Source: Perkinsela sp. CCAP 1560/9 (lineage: Eukaryota; Protista; Euglenozoa: Kinetoplastea). From it: a stretch of DNA of 64,000 nucleotides. The stretch lies in NCBI GenBank assembly GCA_965644495.1, contig CBFFSA010000019.1, positions 62,001 to 126,000 of the forward strand, in the 5' to 3' direction. Positions 47,621 to 57,142 of this stretch are shown piece after piece. The number at the start of each line of letters is the position of its first letter. Position 1 is the first letter of the stretch. The notes below the pieces were generated by a model. It was given only the letters and a program-made list of their open reading frames with translations, did no database searches and was not told the DNA's origin. The translations under genes were made by a program, and so were the position numbers.

Positions 47621-48337
47621 AATAGTCCCAGCCTCAGAAGTAAAGAGGAGAAAGACTGCGACAAGTGCCTCAGAAGCTCAAAGGGTTAGCTCAGAAACCG
47701 TCCAAACCATGAATCGTCCTCGGAAACACTGTGGCCAAATACCTAAGCCATTAGGGAAAAGACGGGATTACTTCAAGATTGCAGAAGGTGATCCTCTCTC
47801 CAAAAAGGGCACCTCGCCACCTGTAGAGACTGGAGTGGATTCTCCTGAAAAGAAAGAGTGCTTGCCTGAGGAATGTGATGCCAAAAATACAAAGTTGCAT
47901 GAAAGACGTACCACGCCCGGTTCAGCGGACAAGGAGCATGAAAGGGCGAATTCACCTGAGAGAAAGACGTCGAAGCGACGACAAAAACGGATGTGTTCTT
48001 AACCGATGCAAATCGGTCTTATAGGATAGGATAGGACAATCCTGCGGAAGTGGCAGACATAGGTTCTCAGTGCGCGACCCGCGCGCTCCAGCGCGCGGGT
48101 CGCCAAAAAATATAATTCTGTCCCAGGGCTACGCTCACAGTTGGTCCTTGCTCGCGAGACCACGTGAGATCATGTGAGACCTCTCCAGAGCGGATTTGGC
48201 TCGGGAGGGTTGTTGAATGACCAAAACGAGGTCACGCGAGATCGTACTCGCAACCCCTCAATAGTTGGGGGCTGATTTTGAGGAGCTGCGGGTGAAGTCT
48301 CGCCACCACGTTCAGCTAAACCAAAGAAGTGCAAAAA

Positions 48338-48411
48338 TGCTCCCGGCAGGGATCGAACCTGCGACCTTGGGCTTATTAGACCCACGCTCTAACCATCTGA
48401 GCTACGAGAGC
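48338..48411 (-). tRNA. tRNA-Ile(AAU)
   Basis: gctctcgtagctcag...tgggt-ctaataa-gccca...ggttcgatccc...gggagca followed by T5. Confidence 0.95.
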
Positions 48412-48494
48412 ACACTTCGTGTTCGGTGATCTTCTAGGACAACTGAAATTAATGTCACGGATTGCATATCTGTCCGCTCGACTCACGGTGTATT

Positions 48495-48566
48495 GGTCGC
48501 GTGGCTCAATGGTAGAGCGTCTGACTACGGATCAGGCGGTTGCAGGTTCGATCCCTGTCGCGATCA
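48495..48566 (+). tRNA. tRNA-Arg(ACG)
   Basis: ggtcgcg...ctga-ctacgga-tcag...ggttcgatccc...cgcgatca followed by T4. Confidence 0.95.
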
Positions 48567-48591
48567 TTTTGTCGACGTGAGTTCGACAAAA

Positions 48592-48663
48592 AGGACGCAC
48601 CCGGGTTTGAACCAGGGACCTCTCGATCTGCAGTCGAATGCTCTACCACTGAGCTATGCGTCC
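48592..48663 (-). tRNA. tRNA-Cys(GCA)
   Basis: ggacgca...tcga-ctgcaga-tcga...ggttcaaaccc...tgcgtcct followed by a T-run. Confidence 0.95.
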
Positions 48664-48756
48664 ACGAGCCCGGCTCCTGAGGAAATTTTATTTTGACGCA
48701 CACGGATCTTTTTGCCTAGCGGCGCACAGCTTGGATGCCGTACCTCGCGTGCGTTC

Positions 48757-48904
48757 ATACCTTCTCGGCCGTAAGGCTAAGATCAAGTGTAATTTCTGTT
48801 CTTGTCAGCTTAGTATCTGATATCAGCCTCCGGGCTGAAGATCTAGCTAATCTCCTGCGGCGGTCAGGTTCCCGATTTGCATTGCTCGGGATCTTGGCCG
48901 CTGC
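48757..48904 (+). ncRNA. U2: U2 spliceosomal snRNA (~148 nt, short form)
   Basis: ataccttctcggcc...ggctaagatcaagtgtaatttctgttcttgtcagcttagtatctgata matches the conserved U2 5' domain; single 3' hairpin with a ttgca-containing loop. Confidence 0.92.
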
Positions 48905-48984
48905 TCTGCGTTACTACCGCATACCTCCCCTCAGTAAGAGAATGGGTTTTAGGTCGGAAATCCACGCCGAGGGGCTGGCGTTAG

Positions 48985-49150
48985 CACATTTATAATGCAT
49001 ATTAACTGCACGTTTATAATGCATACTAAGCGGCACATTCAAATGCATATAGCACTTTCACATGCATAACAGCACATTCATATGCATAAATCCGGCACAT
49101 TCACATGCATATAGCACATTCACATGCATAACAGCGCATTCACATGCATA
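48985..49150. repeat. ~19-bp tandem repeat (gcacattcacatgcata)
   Basis: About 8 degenerate copies. Confidence 0.75.
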
Positions 49151-49425
49151 AAATTTTAGGCACGGATTTCAACTTTTTTGAAAAGTTGGTGCGGGGTGCT
49201 ATGGAAGCTCACGTTTGCTCCCGGTGAGGCCCCGGAGTTGCGAGAGGCCTCCATACCCCACAACTACCACCTTCCCCCCCTATTTAGGGTGGAAGTATAG
49301 GAATATTGCATAAGTATAGGAATATTGCATAAGTATAGGAATATTGCACAAGTATAGGAATATTGCACAAGTATAGGAATATTGCATAAGTATAGGAATA
49401 TTGCATAAGTATAGGAATATTGCAT
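49135..49425 (+). repeat. Third, partial copy of the IR-arm sequence plus 19-bp array
   Basis: Direct match to ~46000-46142, then about 7 copies of tataggaatattgcataag. Confidence 0.8.
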
Positions 49426-49469
49426 AGCCGTCTAATCATGTCACAAAATACTGTGAATTAGTTTAGTAT

Positions 49470-50494
49470 AGGTTTAGTTTTTGGGTATCACACTTTCACG
49501 TGACTCAGTGGCCCGGCCGGCCCCTCCGTGCGTTCGGCCTCTCATTTCCCCCAAAACAACTACCACCTTCCCCCCATTTATCACCCTAAATAGGGGGGGA
49601 AGGTGGTAGTTGTGGGGTATGGAGGCCTCTCGCAACTCCGGGGCCTCACCGGGAGCAAAGGTGAGTTCCCATAGCACCCCGCACCAACTTTTGGCAAAAG
49701 TTGAAATCGGTGCCTAAAACTTTATGCATGTGAATGTGCTGTACCGAAGTATAGGAATATTGCATAAGTATAGGAATATTGCATAAGTATAGGAATATTG
49801 CATAAGTATAGGAATATTGCAGAAGTATAGGAATATTGCATAAGTATAGGAATATTGCAGAGCCCCTCTAATTTTTTTTTAACTTTTGAAAAATTTCTCC
49901 TGGCAAGATCCCACCTGTATTGGATCTTACAAATCCTTTTCCTTGTAGATGAGACTCCAAAGTATATACGCACATCACATTTTCTAAAAATGGAAAAGTT
50001 GCATATAGGGGGTGACCCCGCCAAAGTAGCCAAAAACAGGTGAAAGTGGGCTTTTTTAAGCAAAATCCACGAAAAGTGGCCATTTTAGGGCATTTTAGAA
50101 GGGTCACCCCTAATATGTGAAGTGTTCGTTCGAAGTAAAAGTAGTTCAAAGTGATAGATTAGGGTACGTTATAGCGTCCATATGTTCGGTATTCCATTTT
50201 CCCGGGGTTACAAGTCTATGAGGCACGTAACAAATAAAAAAAATCGCATATTTTCGAGAAATATACCACCCTTGACTTTGTAAAAATTTGTTTCAAATTA
50301 CAAAAAATAGGTGGTTTCCCGACAGTGTAATCGCAGATCTATACAACGGTTATAACTGTCTACCGAAATCAAGAAACTCATATTAAGGGGTGGGGGGTCA
50401 AAAATAGAGTTATGCAATATTCCTATACTTATGCAATATTCCTATACTTATGCAATATTCCTATACTTATGCAATATTCCTATACTTTGACCCT
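49470..50494 (-). repeat. Right arm of ~1-kb inverted repeat
   Basis: Reverse complement of 45304-46270. Confidence 0.9.
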
Positions 50495-50515
50495 ATTTAG
50501 CGGGGGTCGCGCGAG

Positions 50516-53092
50516 GAAGAAAGAGGAAGAAATTTCCCGGTCGCCTGTCTCGCGACAAAGGTGTTTCTGTCGCGGGATAATCAGCATTTCATTCATCCCG
50601 GCATCTAGGCTGTGATCATGGTGTGCATTGAGAGGGTTGGTTGATGCGTTATAATCTTTGTGGATTAGTGCCTCCTGTATTTTGCCGGTTGTCGAATCCA
50701 CCAAAGTCTTTCCCGCCTGGCGGTTAACACGCTCCACTGTCTCGGGAAACCATTTCGCCTCGGACGGTGCCCAGTCATCTTGAGAACCCGCAAAGGCTGC
50801 TGAAGAGACATAAGCCGCAGATGAATGTATAACGGAGGATCTTAGGCCAAAACCACCGTGTCTCTTGTCGCGTTGGATTTGTGCTCGTGCCGGGGCGTCT
50901 AGAGGACAGAGTACAAGCTCCGTAGCGCGGAGCACGGCGTTATCAAGCCTCTGACAGAGGTCTACCATGTATTTTGGTGGCGTTGTGCGGAGGGAGTAGA
51001 CTAACTGGCAAAAGCCAGCGCAGTGGCGAATTAGCGTGAGGGCTACCTGTGGGTCTTCTAGTATGCCTATCGCCTTTAGAGTTGCTTCCGCAGGTTCGAT
51101 CGCAAACTCACGTAGGTACTCAATACAGAACTCTTCTGACCCTGCTGGGCTACCCAAAATCCTAAAGTTTCCTTCGTGATTTTTCATTCTGGCTGGGATG
51201 GTGGTGAATGAGTCCGTGCAACGCGAGGATACCGGATGAGATATTATCTCGCATTTACTCGCATTAAGATGGAGCCCCCACTGAGGTCCCGCACATGCTA
51301 TAGCATCCAACGCCCTCCGTACGCTGTCGGATTTTCCTGCTAAAACATCGTCATCGAGATACCAAAGGTGCAAGAGGAGTCCGCTGGGCACTTCATTCTC
51401 GATCAGTTCAGTAATCTCTCGCAGAACCATGGAGAAAAGGAGGGGCCCTAAAGGAAAGAAAAGGAGGGGCCCTAAAGGAAAGAAAAGGAGGGGCCCTAAA
51501 GGTCCCCCTGTTGAGCTCCTTCGGTGGAGGCAACTGTTTGAGAACCATATGTGAGTGCGCTATCGGTGGCGTAGCACCAATTTATCCAAGGAGTCAACTC
51601 GGGGAAGTGCTTTTCTGATAGGGATATGAACGCCGCCCTGGATACCGTATTGAATGCGTTACGAAGGTCCATCTTGCATAAGACAAGTTCTGGGTCATTC
51701 TTTGTGGACTCCACCACTTGGCGGCAGAGGTGGATAACCCTTTCGGAGCCAGATGCCGTTGCCACACCATATTGACGTCCTTGGAAAAGTGTGCTAGCTT
51801 TGGACTTTACAACAGAGCAGGCAGCCTTGCTGACCATGCGGCGCAACGTTTCCCCTGCTGCGATAGGTCTTTCATTTTGCCCTTTCTGCAATGCACACAA
51901 TCGAGCCCCTGCGTAATATTGTTGTGCTTCAACTGGAGCCTTACCGGCGAGTAGGTGATTGGCAAGCTTTGTGAGACTCTCGAGGGGATGAACATCCGTG
52001 TCAGTTCCAGCGAATAATGCCGCTCGTATGTGTTCCGCTCGTAGCGCCATGGTTCCACCTGAGGAGCCCCTGTTAAAGCTTTGGATCGCCTTTCGTACAT
52101 CATCCTCATTGACAGTTAAGGAAATGATTTCGTTGGAGGACGGTGCGCTTTGGCGTAGTGGACCGAACAGCCGGCTCGGGTGCTTGGTGACTAGTTTGTT
52201 ATACATACGTATGTCTCCTCATTGTCGGGTGCCATTGGCGCCGAAGTGAGTGCAGCTATTCCTCGAGAAACTTCTCCTTGACGGACCAGTAGTTCGGAGC
52301 GAATCGCTTTCTTTTCCTCATCCAGTAGTGTACCTGCTCCGGATCCTTGCTTCCTCTTCTTCTGGTGTTCAAGTACAGCTTCTTTCCACAGGGCTGAATA
52401 TTCGTGTGCTTCCCAGCGATCCAGATATTTCCGCACGTGGGAGGCGTTCGAGCTATTTCCCTTTCGTCCTCTTCTATGCGGGGCTGGCTTTGTTTTTTTT
52501 CTTTTTTTTTGTCTTTTTTTTTACATCTTTCCCTCAATTCCCCCCGTGTTTCTAAAACAAGCAACTTAACCAAGCAACCCTACTTTCCCACTTCCCCTAC
52601 CCAACTTACCACCTTTCCAGGGAGGGTAGGGACTCCCTGTCTCGCGTTGCGCGAGATAGATCATTGCCTGGGGGCAAGGCTATCCCCAAACCATTCGCGC
52701 GTTCCGGACCGGGTCTTTCGACCTCTCCACGGCCTGACTTGGGACCCTTCCCTTGTTATACGGGAGGGCGCAGGCGCGGGCCTGTGCCGACAGCGGCACG
52801 GTCACGAAACAGGATGCTGGTCGACGGGAAGGGAACAAAGTTCCCAGCCCTTGTCCTACCTCACTTGGAGTACCTAGACCTGGCGGACTAGGCGTGAGCG
52901 TAGACCCTGTTTTTTTTTTGCAACGAATAAGGGGGGAGAAGTATGAAACGCGGCATTGCCTCTATATTTTTACCCAATACTTGAACCCTGTAGGCCCATC
53001 GGAATCCAGACCCAATCCATTCGCGCGTTCCGGACCGGGTCTTTCGACCACTCCACGGCCTGACTTGTGAACCCTTCCCTTGCTATACGGGA
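50516..53092 (-). mobile_element. CRE-clade-like non-LTR retrotransposon, deleted and frameshifted
   Basis: RPIAAGETLRR, QYGV, DLRNAFNTVSR, GAQQGD/PLGPLLF, WYLDD, GGFGL; flanked by the 21-bp direct repeat atttagcgggggtcgcgcgag (50495-50515 and 53093-53113). Confidence 0.85.
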
Positions 53093-53318
53093 ATTTAGCG
53101 GGGGTCGCGCGAGCCCAACCGTCTGCAAGGTAAAATAGAAATGGAAAGCCCATTCTAGGAATCGGAAATATGCAGTTGAAGGAAAGTTGGTAAAACTCAG
53201 AATTGGCAGAATTTATTATGTAGCCCATGCCGCTTTCAAGAGAGTCACATCTTATGCAGAAGAGAAGAACCCGCCCAGCTTGGAGTTGAGTAGATGTCCA
53301 AACATGTTTAAAAATTGT

Positions 53319-53404
53319 ATGGAAGAGTGAAATACGCACATGGAAGAGTGAAATACGCACATAAAGAGTTAAATAGGCACATGGAAGAGTGAAATACGCA
53401 CATA
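53319..53404. repeat. 21-bp tandem repeat x4 (atggaagagtgaaatacgcac)
   Basis: Directly visible downstream of the IS30-like ORF. Confidence 0.85.
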
Positions 53405-53444
53405 AAAAGCGCTAGAGAAAGGGACTGATGGGTCCTTCGGAGAT

Positions 53445-54413
53445 TCAAGAGGACTCCTGGGAACTGTCGACCAAAAATTGTGGGCGAGTTTTCCGAAGAA
53501 TTTCTACGAACTCGCATGGCGATTGTTCTTGGAGCACTTCTTTTGGTCGAGCATTTATATCCAGCGAAACGGAGTCAAGATCCTTCTGCGAGATGTCACT
53601 AAACAAACGTCGTTTCGGGTAGAAATCTCGTACTACGCCGTTGAAATTTTCAACACCCCCCTTCTCCCAACTTGCATACGGTTTACAAAAATACGAAGAG
53701 CAATTAAGCGACTGATTTACTTTCTCGTGTTTTGCAAACTCGGTTCCGTTATCATATGTTATGGAGTGAACCAAGAAACCTTGAAGAGCACTGGTTATGT
53801 TTTCAGCGACCAGTGCCGATTTCTTGCATGTGAGCTTCTTTAGTATCCCGAACCGACTCTTTCGCTCAACCAAGGTGAGGAAGAATCCGCTGTGTCTTGT
53901 GCCTTCTAAATTTTTCTTTATAAGGTCACATTCCCAATCGCCGTATCGCTCCCGATTGTTAACAATATTCGGTCGCTCCTCAATGTCGGTGCGATTCGGA
54001 ATACCGGTACGGTTGGTTCCCCGACGGCGACGTTGACCACGTCTTCCTCCACGGCGCAGACAACTCTCCAAGTTCCCATGTTGACCATCATCCCGCTTGA
54101 TAAACCCGTATATTGACGTTCGGGATGCTTTAATATCATCTTCTTTGCGCAAGACTACTCTAATTTGCTGGGGGCTAAAGCGCCTGCGTAGGAGAGACAC
54201 GACTTTGTCTTTAATCTCTCCTTTAATCATGCATGGGCGCGGCTGGCGTTTCAGCATGGACTGCTTCGCTGCTCGTTCAGCGCGCCTGGCACTGTACGTA
54301 TCATTTCGAAGTCCGCGTGCGAGTTCCCGGCTCAGAGAGGATTGATTCATATTCAATTTCGCGGCAATTTGGACTTGGGTGAAATTCTGTTGATTGTAAA
54401 GCACCTCAATCAT
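53445..54413 (-). CDS. IS30-family transposase
   Basis: HTH IAAKLNMNQSSLSRELAR; FSPQQI; IEERP...GDWECD; LTLVERKSRF; SITYDNGTEF; YFCKPYASWEKGGVENFNG; 33 residues between the second D and E; uninterrupted 322-aa ORF. Confidence 0.92.
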   Translation of the reverse strand: MIEVLYNQQNFTQVQIAAKLNMNQSSLSRELARGLRNDTYSARRAERAAKQSMLKRQPRPCMIKGEIKDKVVSLLRRRFSPQQIRVVLRKEDDIKASRTSIYGFIKRDDGQHGNLESCLRRGGRRGQRRRRGTNRTGIPNRTDIEERPNIVNNRERYGDWECDLIKKNLEGTRHSGFFLTLVERKSRFGILKKLTCKKSALVAENITSALQGFLVHSITYDNGTEFAKHEKVNQSLNCSSYFCKPYASWEKGGVENFNGVVRDFYPKRRLFSDISQKDLDSVSLDINARPKEVLQEQSPCEFVEILRKTRPQFLVDSSQESS

Positions 54414-55026
54414 GGTGCGGTCCTCTGAATCTATACGTTGACTAAAATAAGTTTAATTTCTTATCTGTGAAGAGGTCTAAAAACAGCGGGAACGTGCAGA
54501 TCTCAAAATTTTGAACGAAAAAGTGCTGTGGGGGTTTATAATAGTAGCGTAGCTCGCAAAGTAGTTTTTGGCAATATACTTTTTGAAGAATCTGCATGCC
54601 TGTATGAGGGGTGACCCTCGTAAAATGGGCGAAAACGGCGAAAAACGACCATTTTTTACGAATTCGTCCAAAAATGGTCATTTTTTGCGATTTTCAAGGG
54701 GTTACCCCTTATATGAAAACCGCTCATTCAAAGTTTTGTGAGTACACACGAACAGTTTAAGACCTGAAGGAGGCCCTATGTGATTCCTTTTCAACATTAC
54801 GCACACTACAGAGATATCGTAAGGTCAACATCGCCGAAAAAAGTGTTGTTTTGGCAAAATGTCATGCACATTGTTGCCTCCAAATATTCTCCCCAGGACC
54901 CAAACCAGGGGGTAATTCGGTAGTATAATGACAGATCTGTATGATGGTGCTATACATGAGTCGCAATGGACTCATGCAGACTTATGCAAAATTCCTTGAC
55001 TTATGCAAAAGTCATTTACTTTGACC

Positions 55027-55190
55027 TGATTTTTCTTGTAGCAAATAACTTTCTGAGCCACTAGAGAGTGGTTTTTCATCCAGTCCAGACATTGATTCTC
55101 ACTCCAGGAAGAAATTCTTGTGATCGTAAGTTTCGAACGGCATAAGAACCCACCGCACCCAGTGCACGTCATTAAAAGGTGAGAAGGGCA
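55027..55190 (-). pseudogene. 5' fragment of the Merlin element at 26954
   Basis: Near-identical to 27105-27268 (SHLLMTCTGCGG...KVICYKKN). Confidence 0.85.
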
Positions 55191-55204
55191 ATAAGCAACA
55201 CATG

Positions 55205-55995
55205 TACACAACGTATTCCTCACAAAAAATACCAACTCTCCTTCTTTTTTTAACAAACTAAAATCCTTAAAAACCGTAAAATCACCTAAACAAAACCCTA
55301 TTCCTCTATTTTTCCCTAATTCTTGCTCTCTCTTTTTTTTCTCCTTTTCTTTACCACCACCTCCCAAAAACACAAAACAAAAACGCCAATCCCCCACTTT
55401 CATGTCCATTTCACCCGAAACCTCCCCCAACCACCCCAACCCCCCAACCCCCCACCCCCAACTTCATCCTCTTCGGTAAATCCTTAAACACAACACAGGT
55501 ACACAATGTATTCCTCACAAAAAAAACACAACCCTCCTTCCTTTTTATCAAATAAACTAAAATCCTTAAAAAACATACAAAACCATCTACAAACAAAAAT
55601 AAAACCCTATTCCTCTATTTTCCCCTAGTTCTTGCTCTCTCCCTTTTCTTCCCCCCATCCCCTACTTTCCCCAATGTTCACCTCCCCCGAAACCCCCTCC
55701 CCCCCCACCCCCTCCCCCACCCCCAACCTCATCCTCTTCGGCAGATCCTCAAACACAAAAAATACCCATCCTCACAAAAAATCCCAACCCTCCTCCCTTT
55801 TTATCAAATAATCTAAAATCTTCAAAAACCACAAAACCTCCTCAACAAAACCCCATTCCTCTATTTTCCCCTAGTTCTTGCTCTCTCCCTTTTCTTCCCC
55901 CCATCCCCTACTTTCCCCAATGCCCACCTCCCCCGAAACCCCCTCCCCCCCCACCCCCGAAACCCCCCCCACCCCCAACCTCATCCTCTTCGGCA
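55205..55995 (+). repeat. Three degenerate ~250-280 bp tandem copies of the adenylate kinase leader and first codons
   Basis: cctcacaaaaa, attcctctattttccc and tcatcctcttcgg each recur three times. Confidence 0.75.
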
Positions 55996-56702
55996 GCCCC
56001 GGCAGCGGCAAAGGCACCCAGGCCGCCCTCCTCACCGCCGCCTACAACCTCTGCCACCTCTCCACCGGCGACGCCCTCCGCGAGGCCGTGTCCCGGCAAA
56101 CCCCCGCGGGGCTCCAGGCCCAGCAAACCATGGCCGCCGGGGGTCTGGTCCCCGACGCCCTGGTCCTTGACATCGTCAGGGAGGCCCTGGCCCACCCCCG
56201 GTGCGCCCGCGGGTACATCCTCGACGGCTTCCCCCGGACCCTGGCCCAGGCGAAAAGCCTGGAGGCAATGACGCAGGGGAGCGAGCGCACGCAAATCCAC
56301 CGGGTCGTCTCCATCGAGGTCCCGAAAGGGGTGATCGTGGAGCGCACCGCGGGGCGGTGGGTCCACCCCCCGAGCGGGCGGTCCTACCACGAGGTGTTCG
56401 CGCCCCCGAGGGTGGCGGGGGTGGATAACGAGACCGGGGAGGCGCTGGTGCAGCGGGGGGATGACCGGGCGGAGGTGGTGGGGAGGAGGGTGGAGCGGTT
56501 CGAGCGGGACACCGCCCCCGTGCTGGGGTACTACGCGGGGAAGGGGTTGCTGAGGACGGTGGATGGGGATCGGGGGATTGGGGAGGTGCATGAGGCGATT
56601 GTGGGGCATATGCCGGAGAGGGTGGGGGGGAGGGAGGGGGAGGAGGAGGAGGGGGGGGTGGGGGGTAAAAGGGGACGGTCATGGTGGAAATTGTGGGGGT
56701 GA
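55920..56702 (+). CDS. adk: Adenylate kinase (long form with LID)
   Basis: GSPGSGKGT, LSTGDALR, ILDGFPRT and LID GRWVHPPSGRSYH...LVQRGDD. Confidence 0.95.
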   Translation: MPTSPETPSPPTPETPPTPNLILFGSPGSGKGTQAALLTAAYNLCHLSTGDALREAVSRQTPAGLQAQQTMAAGGLVPDALVLDIVREALAHPRCARGYILDGFPRTLAQAKSLEAMTQGSERTQIHRVVSIEVPKGVIVERTAGRWVHPPSGRSYHEVFAPPRVAGVDNETGEALVQRGDDRAEVVGRRVERFERDTAPVLGYYAGKGLLRTVDGDRGIGEVHEAIVGHMPERVGGREGEEEEGGVGGKRGRSWWKLWG

Positions 56703-57142
56703 GGGAGGGGGGGGGGAATGGATGGAAGGGGGTTATTTTTTTGCTTTTCGAGAAGAGGTGAGTGATGAAAAAAGATGCAGGTGTGGGGGTACAGAGATTT
56801 TTTTTCTCGGTAAGATAGAGGAAACGTGAGGAAGAGGGTTTTAAAAGATAAAGATTTGGAGAGGGGGGTAGAGGAAATGGATAAGGGTGTGTGCTTCACC
56901 ATTTTCACTATTGTCTTGTGTTTTGCATGAAAATAAGTGTCACAATAAAAGAAGATGCCCAACCATGTGCTTCGGGTTAGGAAAGTAACGCACAAGAGTA
57001 TGACATGCCGATTGATTTTGAGAATTTCTAAACGATTGGACCCCACATTCTGTGTTCTTCGAAATTTTTGGGCACTCGCGTCGTTCACGGACGTCTCACA
57101 TGGAATATCTGGTGGGTGCGTTGAATACGACGTGGGATTTCT

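Noticed and set aside
48225-48280. U3-like 5' motif gagatcgtactc (similar text near 3427)
   Set aside because: Only a ~12-nt resemblance; U3 boxes B, C and D could not be placed.
44453-48995. ORFs overlapping tRNA and U2 genes (44453, 48170, 48493, 48506, 48735)
   Set aside because: Explained by the RNA genes.
52780-52815. Hammerhead at cctgtg...gaaacagg
   Set aside because: Stem III-like pairing is present, but the CUGANGA core and UH cleavage triplet are absent.
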